Part shown: one piece after another, positions 24,373-37,567 of the stretch
Numbering within the stretch: position 1 is the first letter of the stretch
Layout of the letters: each line of letters starts with the position of its first letter
Assembly: GCA_900088475.1 (NCBI GenBank)
Contig: FLMG01000658.1
Coordinates: 6,293 to 70,292, forward strand
Direction of reading: 5' to 3'
Origin: Hyphochytrium catenoides
Lineage: Eukaryota > Protista > Hyphochytriomycota
DNA: 64,000 nt
The notes under the pieces: model-generated
Databases searched by the model: none
Told to the model about the DNA's origin: nothing
Seen by the model: the letters and a program-made list of their open reading frames with translations, nothing else
Position numbers and translations under genes: made by a program

Positions 24373-27300
24373 CGCCCCTTTCGTCCCAACACGTCTTTCA
24401 GTGTAACAGGAGCAGTGAGCTAAATCTTCAGCTCAAGGAGTTTCAGCAGCTTCGCATGCTGTATCACACTTCTCACGGGCCATCAAGGGCCGCTCTCTAA
24501 CGCTGACGCCACGCCCAGCAGAGCAGGTGAGCAAAAAGAGAAAGAAAATGACCTTCAATGACTGCCAGCGACAGTATCCTTTCCTTCCCAGTTCCTTGGT
24601 CCAATACCACCCTCTTGCAAGCTTTGTGAAGCCGTCGTGGAGATCTGGAGCTCTATATTAAAAGGCAATGCCAATGAAAGCTGTCCCCGAACCGGGAGCG
24701 AAGCTTCAGTCTCTTAGAGAAAGAAGAATCAATGAGCTTCACATTTGTGGCGGATCATAGTTGGCGGGCTGGGCTTAGAAAGCTCAAGCCCTTTTGCTCT
24801 TTCTTTGGCTCCTCGTTTCTTCCTCGGCCCTCTGTCTGGCCGTGCTCCCTGCCTAACCCTTACAGTTTATTCCTCAATGGGGATATCTTCTATATCTCTG
24901 TCGTCCTCGGGCTGCCTCTGTTTTTGAAGACTGCCGTTTGCGTCGCTCTTGTACTTCGACTTGCAGAACGTCGATGTTAACCTTCCTTCCGCCTTCTTCC
25001 TTCACCAAACTCTCCTCTCTCCCCCGTCACACTCTACCTCTCATGCACACAAACCCACCCCAACAGCACTCTTTCTCTTTTATCTTCTTTTTTTCTCTAA
25101 GTACTCTCCCTCTTAAATTATCACCACAATACATCTTTCAGATTGACTCTTCTTCTCTGCCTTCTCTGTTTCGTGGCTTGGTCTGCTCTGTCTCTTCCCT
25201 AAAGTGGGTGTGGGCACCTCGTAGAACTAAGGCCACACTTTGGACAGCGCTTCCCCTTTTGACTTGCAGCTGGGGCGGAAGGCCAAACTTCCAACACTGG
25301 TCCTGGGATTTAGAAGGGTGCCTGCATCTAGCAAACCCTCTGTCTTGTTCTCTTAGGAATAACCCATTGTTTATACTAGTAAGTCTCACTGTGACCCTTC
25401 CCTTAAGCCTACTCTGTCTTTGGAGGTAGCCGAGCAGGTGGAAATGCTCATGGCCGTCCCTTCTCAGTTTATCCTCAGAGAGGGCCAGCCTGAGGATACA
25501 CCGCATCTCCAACTCTATGGGGTTTTGCGGTGTCTAGTATTCCAGATAATATTCCGCTTATGCCCATTCTTTTTCAGCAGAAATACCCACCCACGTGGCC
25601 TACCCACCTATCAGATTGTTCCTTTTTGTGAACAAACACAACCAAACCAACCCTTGTTCTTCTCTTGGTTACCTCTGTCTCGTTAGCTTTCAACGCTTTT
25701 GACCTGGCATGAAAACATCTCATCCATTACTCTGTCTCTCGCTGAGTTCCACTCCCTCATCCTCCCGCTTGCTTTCGATACCAAAGCTTCAAAAGTATCC
25801 TCTTCCGCCCACATTCCTCACCCACATCACACACACACCCAGCCCCAAACCCCCCTTCCGCCATCAGTCCTAGAATGTAGGTAGGACTGGCATGAAGAAG
25901 TCCAGCCCCTCCGTCCTCAATCACTCTGCGTTTGACCCTGGCAAGGCTGTCAGTCTGATTGGTGGACGGACTTGATGTCTCTGCTCCTCTTCCTTCACCC
26001 CCTCTCTCTCTCTTTCTCAACACAACTGCCAAGGTTCTCTGTATGTTAGAATACGGTACTACAGTGCTACAGATTCTTCCTAACAGAACAGATGACAGCT
26101 ATTGCAGATATTATTGTACAGATAACGCCTACAAGATAGTTATGGGGCACTTATATTGCATAAAGTACAGTACAGCAGAGAGCCTACAGAGCCTCGTGCT
26201 GTACAGCAAAACAGAAAGAATTGGCTGCAACTCTTGAACAGTTCTATTACCTTTATCCATTTTATTAGGGTTTACAAAGGATTACCCAAGGCGTACATAA
26301 CCTTCAAGTACTTTATCACTTGTTCATCACAAAGAGGACGACAAGCAAAAATCGTCGGTTAGAGCTCTAGAAGTAAAGATGTCGTGGTTTCTACTCTTTT
26401 ATAATAACTTGGTTCTGCTTGTGGAGGAACAGGAGGTAGCACTGAGAGGGTAGGGTAGTAGTACATCATTTCAGACGCTCGGGAAAGTAGTTCTGGCGCT
26501 GATCCAGCCGGAAGAAGATCGTTTCAAAAGTGAAAAGGCAGGCAAAGAGAAAGTATAATGAGCTTCTTGTTCCTGCCTTTTTGTCGGCCCTCCCGCTGTA
26601 GTCGTTCTTCTTCTTCTATTTCAACCACAACATTTTTATCCTAACAAAGATGATGGCTAGGGGGACGAGCCTCGAGAAGAAGAGATGTAGGCTGAGGACG
26701 GCGGGCGACATCATCATGGACGATAACCGTCCGTTGGCCAACAACAATAATAATAATGTCCTCGCTCCTGTCATCAGAGCATGCTGCATGATGATGCATG
26801 ACTCTGTCTGGATGCTACCTGCTGCTTCGTTTGGCAGCTCTGCAACAACAACGGCACATCCATCATCATCATGAGCACAGGTTCTTTTCTGGTCCGGTCT
26901 AAAGTATAGAGTAGGAAGACACCCGAAGAAAGGCGACAAGGAAAACGTAGTAGTCATCGTACAAAAGGCCATGGATAAGTCGGAATAATGCTGTACCAGG
27001 AGAGACGAGGAGGATGAAGCTGCTGCCATAATAGTAGAAATGGTACACATCCTCCGCGAATGTAGCGGCCATCATCGCCTCGTCCGTTGGCTTCAGGCCA
27101 TTTCCTTGCAAGAGAGTTATCTGGAAAAGATGGCGCCCGCCGATGATGTGACTCACTCATATTATGATGATAGCAGAACAGTAAGAAGGTAATTTTTGGC
27201 GCCTTCTCGTCCCTGTTGCCTTGTACCCGTCTGGCCTTCCAAGAATTTAAAGAGTTAACCAACCTAGCCCACAGACCATCGTAATAGGCGGTGGGAGGAT

Positions 27301-28619
27301 GCTTCTTTTCCCAAAAGCATACTCTGGCTCTGATTGTACCACCCGTTCGTCAGGGCCAGCAGCAGCCATACAGGGGGTAGTAGATTGTGCCAGAGGCACA
27401 ACCAACAATCTACAACTCCATTTGTGTGGGGCAGTCACAGGAAGGCATCTTCCCTGATCGAAGATCATCACGCTCTCCTCATTCACTTACGCTACCCACC
27501 GTTGTTGGCTATTCTTCAACGACATCTTTTTTTATTGTCGCTCTAATCACTACTGGCTATACAGCAGGGCCGTTACCTTCAAGCCTACTACATCCATTCC
27601 CTGTATTATTAGATTATATATCTCCCCTGTCACTCCCCATACTGCTTTCAGCAGCGGTTGTTTGCCTATAATAGATGTCTCCCTTCAGATAGAACCAGCA
27701 GACGACCACCTGGAGTCCGCCCCAGCACAACGACCGAGGAGTCAACCACCACATTGTAGGAGGCATATGTGGGCAGAAGATTTAGCGCGCCTGCATAAGG
27801 AGAAATTGTCCTTAATTAGTTCACCAACAGGGAAGCGTTGGCTTCACTTTGCCGTCTGACCATCACGACAAAAGGACAAACAGCTTTACGACAACAAATG
27901 ACGAATTGGACTGATGCTTACTTGTTGATAACTACTAGTCATCAGCAGCGGGACCTCATTAAGAAGCTCAGAGACTGTTCGTTGGAAGTAGCGCAGCAAA
28001 GAGAAGCAGCGAAGAATGGCCGCGCTCGTTCACTTCAATGTATGTATGCCTCTGTCAGTTCTCCGTACCACGGTACTCTGATATTTATAGCCTTCCGGAT
28101 GATACTGTTTCCGATGATGTCCTGCTGGTGTCGACTACAAGTCCTGCTATTCTCTCTTCTCTTGAGAGGCGTTACTTAACTATAAAGGGCAAGAAATGGC
28201 GAAGGTTGTTAAAGAAGGATCCATGTACTGCTTCGCCTGCTGCTACTGGCATCACGCGCCATGCTGTGGTATATGGGAAAGGAGGACGGAGGAGGCGATG
28301 ACTCCAACCACACGACGGGAAGGTGGTCGCCTAGAACTCTTGTTTTTTATAGGAGGAGAAGATGAAAGCCTAAATAATATTGCTAGCATAGTAATTCCCC
28401 ATGAAGATTAGACCGAAGCAGTGGCATTCAGACGTTGGGGATCAGGATCTCAAGGAGGAGGCAGCAGGAGGAAGGAGTTGGTCACCACACGCTTAACAAG
28501 CCGTAGAACATACTTAGTAGGGAAAGAGGGAGCTATTATGGCGTGTTATAAAGTCAAGAAGAAGCTTGTTGGGGCAGCCAGCTCGGGCGGGGAGGAGAGA
28601 AGGGAGGAACGTTTGTAGT

Positions 28620-29140
28620 GGAACGGCCGACCACCACGGAGACAGGACGTACAACATCAGCAGGAGGAACAAACAAGAGCAGAGGAGCTACAGCAGCAGC
28701 AGGAGCGCAGAAGAAGCAGAGAAGGGGCAGCAGGGAGGAGCAGCAGGATGCACCAGCCGCAACCGCAGCAGCAGGTGCTGGAGCAGGGGAAGAAGCAGTA
28801 GCAGCAGAGAACGGAAAAGTTGATACAGGAGCAGCAGGAGCAACAAGGTGCACAGGGGCGGCGGTAGGAGCAGAAGGAGCAGCAGCAGCCGCAGGAGCAG
28901 CAGCAGCAGCAGCGGCGATTGGAGACACAGCAGTCTGCTGCGGCAACGGCAACCGGAGTACCGATCAGCAGCAGCAGCAGGAGGAGCAGTGGCGGCGATG
29001 AAAGCGGCGACGGTAGGAGGACGAGCGGCTGCCGCAGCAGGATGATGAACAGCCACCACGGAAGCAGCGGCGAAAGGACGAGGAGGAGCAGCAACAACAA
29101 ACAGGAGGATGAGCGGCCGGGCAGCGCAGCCGCGTCAGCA
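28620..29140. repeat. Low-complexity GCA/GGA (CAG-type) trinucleotide-rich tract
   Basis: Dense gcagcag/ggagcag runs that generate ORFs in several frames on both strands. Confidence 0.8.
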
Positions 29141-29694
29141 GGTGGACCGGCCCCTCCCTCGTGTGTGGGACGCTGCTGATGCCGCTATATATAACTAACT
29201 TGTACCAATAATAACGAGTTGAAGAAAGATCTTATCCTCCTTCCCTTCTTCAACAACACGCCTGTCATGTAAAACTGTAGTCCTCGTGGTCGTTGTAAGA
29301 TGGCTATTAGGGGGATTCTTCCTTCTAATAAAGAGGGCATTCTCTTCAGGCGTAATAGTAGTGTGACTCAGAGTGACGGAGATCATAGGCTTTATAGGCC
29401 GATGGAATCGTAGTAAGGCGTGATAGGAGCTGGTCATTGCCCTACGAATCACCTCTTTCTCATATCGTCTAAATCTGTTTCTTGCTGGCATCTCTCTTTC
29501 TGCATTCCCTAAGGTGTTGCTGACTTGACTTGGCGCGCTGGCTCGTTGCTCGTTTATCTCTCGGTTGCTCTGTCTCGTTTTGGTACGAATCTATATGGGG
29601 TTTGGCTGTCTCTGTGCGGACCTCGTACTGATCAGACGAGCCACTTGACTTTCATCCCTTCTGCTGCAATCTATTTCTACTGGGTCGCTTCCTT

Positions 29695-29717
29695 TCCTCT
29701 GTCTCTCACTCTCTCTG

Positions 29718-29750
<33 letters not shown>

Positions 29751-29827
29751 GTTTCTCTCTCTCCTCTGTCTGTCTGTCTCTCTCTCTGTCTCTCTCTGTC
29801 TCTCTCTCCCTCTGTCTCTCTCTCTTT

Positions 29828-29860
<33 letters not shown>

Positions 29861-29945
29861 TCACTCTCTCTCTCTCTCTGTGTCTCTCTGTCTCTTTCTT
29901 GTCATCCTCCATATCTCTCTCTCTGTACTTTTTGCCCTCTCTCTT
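29695..29945. repeat. Imperfect (CT)n microsatellite upstream of the TPR gene
   Basis: About 250 bp of ctct/ctgt/cttt repeats. Confidence 0.95.
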
Positions 29946-30134
29946 GAATTTCTGGTCCCCAATCTCTTCCTTTATCGTAGCAATGCCGCAGGGCTAGAGA
30001 GAGAGAGAGAGAAAGAAAGAGCCAGAAGCGAAGGTGCTAAGCTCGACGAAGCCCATATTCATAGCGTCAGAAGTAGTTTGAGGCTGCTTGTCCGGGGAAA
30101 AAGTGGCTCACCAAAGCTCTGCGCATTGTCCAGC

Positions 30135-33100
30135 ATGGCGCAGACTGATGCTCCAAGTGAGGCGGAGAATAGCGGTGCCCAGGGCCTCGGGCCAGAGCTA
30201 GGTGGCGTGATCCACCAGGCTGCGGCGCTGAAGGATGCCCAGCAGCAGCAGCTCCAGCGGCGGTTTGCTTCCTGGCCCCGGTACTTTCAGAGTACCATGT
30301 TCTTCCCTCAAGGTCAGCGTCTGGCCGGATACAAGTCCCGTCACGATCCTGCCTTTGCAAGAGCTTCCCTCGATTCCTTCCCTCTACCAGCTCGCTTGTC
30401 CTTTGCCAGAGTTGTCGCTGCATCTTGGTCCCTCTACCCTTGCTATTCCAGGTCTTCGCTCTCTTGCTTCTAGGCTGGAAAATCAACTCTAGGGGCGCTC
30501 GTGGCCGTCATTTGGTATCGTTTCCTTCCATTTCTATATCCTCATGCTTCCTGCCTCTCTCGTTGGCGCTCCTGCCTTCGGTAGCGCTGCTCGCTCCTGA
30601 GTCTTTGATCCTGCTTTCTTAACCCAATCCTCCGGCCACCGTTCTGCACTTCCCAGAGTTCCTATCCATTCAAAATGCTCCTTATGAGGTCCGCATGAAG
30701 AACGCGACTCTGATAAAGACAGACGGGAACGAACAGTTTAAGAAAGGCGACTATGCCCAGGCGTACTCTAAGTACGAGATGGCGCTAGGCATCTTCCGCT
30801 TCTGTGTGAACAGGAACCAAAACTGGCGGAATGAGGTGCGACAACAGTTAACACGCGTTGCGGCGGTGGCTTCGCACACTGCTCTACTTCCGTTCTCTCT
30901 CCTTATCTGTGACTTCTTGTTTATGTGGGGCTCTCGTTTCCTTCTCTCTTGATCGTTTGCGTGGCCTTCAGCCGGGATTTTTGTCGGCTTCTTATGCTTC
31001 GCTGGGAACTTAGGGTATCAAGGATGACGACATCCAAGCGTTTGACATTCAAGGAGACACGGACAAGCAGAAAGAGGAAATCAAGTCTTTCAAACAGTCA
31101 TGCTACCTTAACATTGCTGGTTCGTCTTCGTCTCTGTCCCTCTTCTTATGCTCACGCATCTCAAGCAGTCCTTCTTTATCTGACTTCTGCGCTACTTTGC
31201 ATGTCCTAAGCACAACCAGCTGAGATCATCCTACCTTCGCTGATCCTGACTAACTTTCTCTTATCCTCCTCTTTCCCTTGCAGCTGCGGGTTTGAAGCTT
31301 GGGGACCACATCACAGCTATTAGAGCGTGTTCGGAGGCGCTTATGTTCGACCCGGAGAATGTCAAAGCCTTATACCGGTTAGTCGCTCATCTTTCACTTA
31401 TCCTTAGCTCTCCGTGCGATCTCTCTATCACTAAAGTCAACCCTTACACACTCAAGGGAAGCTTAGTTCTTGTCTTTAATCTTTAAGCTTTCTGTCCTCT
31501 CTCTTCTTGCTTGTCTCATTTGCTTCTTTGGCTCCGCTCTCACATTGATATGTGCTTGCCATTCAGACGAGCACAAGCATTGATGGCGGTTCCATCAGCT
31601 GGAGAGGAAGAAATAGTAAGCCTCAGTCTTCTCGTGGGTTCGATAGGCTTTATGCCCTCGCTCACTTGCTTTTCTTCCCCGCCTTCGTGGGCTCTTCTCT
31701 CACCTTCCATAGCAAATGGCTCTTCAGGACCTCAAGAAAGCCCTAGAGATAAATCCAAACGAGGCTTCAGTTAGGTATGTGCCTTTGCTTGAAAGTCACT
31801 GCGGCTTCTCCCTTCACTCATTGATATTCTCCTGTTTCGCTTTCTTTTTCATACTTTCTCTGTTAGCTCTACTGCGTCTCTGCTATACTCTCTCCGCATT
31901 GCAAGTGCTAGCGCCTTATTGCATCTCAAAGAGGTTCTGTGCAGGAAGGAGCTAAATAGAGTTTTAGAAGAGCAAGCTAAGCAGAAAGAACAAGAAAAGA
32001 AAACCTTTTCTGGGATGTTTGAGCGCGGGCAGGTCGTGGATGACAAGTCTGAAGCTCAGACTGGGGAGAAGAAAAACAGTCAAGAGGTTGAACAGCAGGT
32101 ATGTGGGGGAACGTCTTGGGTCGTTCTCTTTGCCTTTGACCACGGTGCCTCCACTCTGCTTATAAGTCATGGAGCTCTTTGTTGGGCTCATCCTTGCCAT
32201 CTTGCAATATCTCTCCCGTCCGCACAAACGCTGAGTAGATTGCTTTAGGCTCTAGTGGGTCTCAGTAGGGACTTCTTATTTGGATCTAGTCGACGAGGAT
32301 CTTTTCTCCTTAAGAACTCTGTCCTACCGTTCAAAAGTCTCATTCTCTTTTACCTCATTATTCCTCTTTCATCGAAGCTCAACGACGCCCAAGCTCTGGC
32401 TCGACAGCTGCAAGAACAGGGAAAGTCTGCAGATGCCGCTCACCTGCTGCGGTTGATAGCGCAATACAAGAAGGAGAGTGGAAGCAGTAAGGAGGGTCCT
32501 CGAAGGGAAGGTAGCGAGGATACTCTTTTGAAGCCTACTCCTGAAATGGTTGCAGACGCAGCGAAGAATGGGTAGGTACTGCGGCTATGAAGAGAAATTC
32601 TGCTCGTAACAGTTCTTGACGAGGTTGCTTGGACCAAGTTTGCTCTGACCTTTGCTTGGTCTTGCTTCTTCCCCAGGGTGGACTTCAAGGATCCGCGTGT
32701 GCTAGCCTACTGGATCCGCCTAAATAAAAGCAGAGGTGCAGTTGAAGGAAAAGAAGACCAGAAGGATAGCTCGCAATCTGAGAAGGAACAAGATGTAATA
32801 GAAAAGGAAGAAGAGGAGGCCGCAGGTACGAGACAGTGAGGACAAAGGAGCATACCGTCAAATGGCAAGAAAGATAGAGAGGGGCGCCGTGAGTGTCAAT
32901 AACCGAGGGAAGCAAGGCGATGCAGGCCCAGCCGTAGATGCGCAAGATAATTGTTCTAATCTGCTATCTCGCATTCCTCTTCAGAGATGGAGTATGAAAA
33001 GGAAGACCTGGAGGATGCTCTGTCTCAGCTGTCAGATGCCGACGTAGCGCGTTTTTGTATGAAAGAATCGATTCCATTCGAAGACTGCGCAGACAGCCAG

Positions 33101-33444
33101 CAGCTCCGAGTAAGATACTTAGCTCCCAAAGTGCTTCTCTTTCTCCTCCCTTTGTTTCTTCTCATCTAGTTCGTGGGCCATACCTCTCCTGCCTCGCTGA
33201 ACTAAGCTCTCCATACGCGTCTATCTACCTACAACTCTTCATCCATACTCTCGGCTTGGTTGATATTAACTATCTACCTCGTTACCTCTCCTGGATGTTT
33301 TAGGAGCGAGTACTCGTGGCGTGCGGTCCTCCAGACCTCTCGCTGCAGTCTTTGCCTTCGTCTCGGAGCTGGGCTGATCTCCTCCTGTTAGCGGTAGTGG
33401 CTCTCCTGGCTGCTATCATCGCAGGCATGATCCTCAAGAGCTGA
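30135..33444 (+). CDS. Multi-exon TPR protein (Hsp70/Hsp90 co-chaperone-type, FKBP/Cyp40-like TPR triad) with a C-terminal transmembrane tail anchor
   Basis: Spliced exons give IKTDGNEQFKKGDYAQAYSKYEMAL, SCYLNIAAAGLKLGDHITAIRACSEALMFDPENVKALYRRAQAL, ALQDLKKALEINPN and KTFSGMFERG. The protein ends LLLLAVVALLAAIIAGMILKS* at TGA 33442-33444. About 11 exons with GT-AG introns. Confidence 0.85.
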
Positions 33445-33903
33445 GACGTGCCAAGAGGTTGCGGGAGGAAGCTGCGCTGTCTGCCCTTCTCAGTCCCTTC
33501 GCCTGCACCATGCGCAGCCTTCTTCCTCTGACTCCCCCTATAGTTGATGGCTACCTCGTTGCCTTCTTTCCACCTTTCAAGTTCTCTAATATACCTTCAC
33601 CCTTCGCCCGTGAAGGTCAATGCGGCCAAGACCAGGCACTAAGATTATAACTTGCTTAGAAGCATTTAAACAGTGACCATAAAGCCCTTTTATGTCTCGT
33701 GGTCTCCCATCTTCCCAAGCTCAGTCTGACTTCTCATGCGCTTGCGCCCCAATACTTATCAAGAGGTTTCTGCTATACTGTCTGCTGTCCCTGCAGTCTC
33801 CATAGATCTTGTCACCGCTTGCTGTCGAATAAATAGGACCTCCCTGGCCTCAACAATAGGGTTGCCATGCACGCGCTAGAAAGCTCCCTAGCGCCGTTCA
33901 GAG

Positions 33904-36900
33904 TTAACTTCCGTCATCTTCCATTTCTTCATCATCCCTCTCTTCCTCCACATATCTCTTCATCATCGTCAGATCTCTCTCCATGCGCTTTCTCTGCTGT
34001 TCAGAGAGAGTGATGGATATAGAAGACCTGCCTTTCCAGGCAGGAACCGAGAAATAGTTGTTCATGGTTTGTACTGGGTCTTCCTCCTCCAGAAAGATGA
34101 GCAATGGACCTTCTGAAAGAGACACCAGGTTTTTCCCCACTTCTCCTTTGAGGCTCTTCAGCCAGAGCTCCTTTTTGCCAAGAAATAGGCAGAACTCCTT
34201 GAGAGGTAGCGCGAAGAGTCTCTGCGGAAAACGAGTCATTGAACAACGCTAAAGGAGAGATTAAAGAGTTCAGATGAGAGACAGATTTCCATAGGAGAGA
34301 CAGAGTTTCGGAATTATCGCTCGCTCCAAACAAGACAAAGAACAACCGTATGTAGACGCGAGAACGTGGTGCTGCGACCTTCAGATGCTCACCTCCTTGC
34401 AGTGCGGCAACATGTAGTGTGCTCCTTCCAGGGTGGGGCCGAATTCGCAGGGCACCTGAACAATCTTCCCATGTGGCTTTAGCACAGGAACGCCGGAATG
34501 CAAAACCGCAACTCCCCTTCCAAGATGCTCCACTAGCTGTGGTCACCGCCGGAATAGACAGAGGAGGGTTAGAGCTCTACTATTGATGGGAGTGAAGCAA
34601 GAAGATGGACTATTATCAAAACTCTAAAGGGAGTAAGAGACTGGAAAGAGGAGTCGACCCGCTCAAGATAAAGTCGTGACAGCCATCCAAGACCAACGTC
34701 GAAGCAATCCGCTTCGCCTCTTGGAGACATACCGCTGCCACAGCCGGAGTGACAAGGCTGACAGTCTGGGATCCGGGAGACGCATCATGCTTCCAGAGCA
34801 ACGTAAAAGGGAGACTCTTTCCATCTGCAGCCGGGCTGGACTTCGAAGCGAGTCCATAAAAGTCGGAAAGACTTCTCCATTTGTCGGACGGAAGAGTGAC
34901 AAGAGCATTTTGCTGCTCCTTGTCCTTCTTATTCCCTCTTTGTTCTTTGCCGTCGGGCCGCTTTGGTCCGATACTCTGCCGGGTAAAGGACGAGAGCTTG
35001 CGTATGACGGCGATAAATAGGCCCGACGTATTCTTGAGGATAACGAGGTGATGCAAGTTGTACACGTTAAGGCTGTGGCGGACAATCTGCATGTTGCCGA
35101 TCACTTACCTCTTTGTGAGGATAGATCCTGACACAACGTTCCAACGGAAACTCTTCGCCGGTTTGGGGAGGCCACAAGGAAGCTGGGAGGTCATCAGTCA
35201 CCGTGGGAAGCTCTTTCATCTCCTTGTTGAAAACCTGACAGCGGCAAGAGGAGCGTCATCGGTCCGTTGTGGAAACACATAGCATTGGCATCTAGCGTCA
35301 TCGGTCCGTTGTGGAAACACATAGCATTGGCATTGCAATGGTCCTGTACCTTCCAAGTCTTTAGGCCTTGTGCACGCCCCACATTTGGATACCGTTGTGA
35401 GACATCTAGGAGCTGTTTATGTAGAACAGAAGTTAGCTATAAAAACGCCCAGCATAGGTATTGATCGCTTCCTTCTTAGTGTATGGAGGCCGTCGTGGGT
35501 CATTGTCCCCTTCACGGACCATCTACCGAGTTGTCTGCTTGGTCTATGGTCCTTACCTCCAACGACCGCCCTGTCCTCCTCAGCAGCTCTGCAACCACTG
35601 CCTCATTCTCCACAGGATTTAGCGAATGCGTGGCGTAGACCATCTGCCCGCCCTCGGAAAGCAGCTCTATGCCCCGTAATGCTGATTCAATTTGAGAGCT
35701 GTGAAGCGATAGAGCCTAACGGTATGACGCCGTAGAAGCAAACAAGGAGATTAGAAAACTGAGGAAGTGCGCCTGATAACTGGCCCAATCGAGGAAAGCA
35801 AATAGCTAACGAGAACAAGGAGCCAGAGAGACCAATGGCTTCACGACATAGGCCCCGGTGGAGATTATCAATTAATTGGGGAGATGTAAAGACTAAGGAC
35901 AGGCACGGAATATAGAGCCGCATACTGGAAATAAAGAACCAGCACTCCTTTTAATGCAGGCACCTTCTGCGGGCTCCAAGTGCGTAAGATCTCTGGCCTG
36001 CTCCTCACTGCACCATCCGCTGAGCATGGTACTTGGCAGAGAATACGGGGAAAGGAGACGCCGCGCTCCAGAAGGGCTAAATGACTGAGATGGTCATCGC
36101 TTCCCTACGGAGAGGATTCTTAGCTATGGGATGTCCTACATTAGCACTTTCCGGCTTGCATTCTTCTGACGGCGCCTGCCAACGTCCTTCCCCTTCATTT
36201 GTCCCTTTCCATTTTCGCACCGGCGCCCTAGTCTGTCCACGCCTCTTTCTCGGCTCAATTCCCTATCTCTTGAGTTTCCGACTCCCGAATATGCGCTTCG
36301 ATCTTTCCGAAGTGGGAACCACAACCTGTGGTGTGACCACTCTCCCCTTTTCTTTCTAGACCCTAAAGGCGTCCCCCAACCAGCTGTTTAAGGGTGGCAG
36401 CCCCAACCCTTCCCGCTATTCAGTTGTTCATGCGTACCGTCTGTGCCATGACCATGACGTTTGGTCGACTGTAAACTGAGCCATGCGCTTGAAGGACCTG
36501 ATGACCCAGTTTTGAGCTGCCAAAGAACGCGGCAATTGCTGAGCCCTTCCCAGTGTCTGTTCCAGATCTCTGTCCGCGCTCTCCTCCTTCTGTGAGCTCA
36601 ATCAAGAGCCGGGTGTTAGCCACCGTAGTTGCTCCTAGCTCCAGGATCTAGGAAAACAGAAGCAATAGCAGTTACGGTTCTCAGCCAAGCAAAGTATTCA
36701 CGGAGGTACTGGCTGCACGGGGAGAAGCCGCTGGGGGACAGGGGACAGAAGAAGAGGTACACAAGGATTGCCCACGGAATTGTTTCGGCTAACATTCGTA
36801 TCCTCCTCACCTCCTGTGCATCTTCTAGGTCTAGGAACAGCGCTGGAAGCATGGCCCCAAGATCCTGGCGTACAATGTCTCCTCGGTCGGTCCACTCAGA

Positions 36901-37508
36901 GAGAAACTCTCGCAGGGGTTGGAGGTCCTCACACTTTTTCAAGCCCATCCTATCCGTCCCCACCTGCCAAATGAGCGGTGACGAGTCCTTCTCTGGCTCC
37001 GTCATGACGTTAAGCTCTCTAAGTGTGAAGTCAGCGTAGAGCTCCTCAAACTTGCTGAGCCGCAACTTCTGAGGCAACGTGCCCCGGAAGTCATAAAGAC
37101 GCTCCAGCAGCACTTCCTTGAATTCTGAGGCACCTTCATGAACAAGGAAGAAATAGAAGACCATCATGAGACAACTTCACGCTTTACCAGGAAGATGGCA
37201 GTGCAACTATAGATCAAGATCGACACGGAGTTCAGTACAAAGCGCAAGCGGCAGGCTGTGCGGCGCAGAATGTTAAGGGAGATAGCGAGGTTCCTAGCCG
37301 CCAGACCATCCAAGTGGGTAAGAACTTAAAGCAAGGGAGATGTGACAAGAAGTCAAAGGAAGAAAGATGGGGAAGAAGGCACGAAAGAGCAAAAACGAAA
37401 CGGTAAGATGAAGAGTGAGAACGCGGAGAGTGTGATGGAGAACGAGAGGAAGCACTAGCAAAAGAGGGGAGATGGAGAAAAACTAGAGAACGTTAGAAAA
37501 ACACGAGA

Positions 37509-37567
<59 letters not shown>

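Noticed and set aside
28554-29179. Overlapping Ala-, Leu-, Ser- and Cys-rich ORFs on both strands
   Set aside because: An artefact of GCA/GGA trinucleotide low complexity; there is no domain or splice support.
29525-29947. SLSLSL and ERERER ORFs
   Set aside because: Translations of the (CT)n microsatellite.
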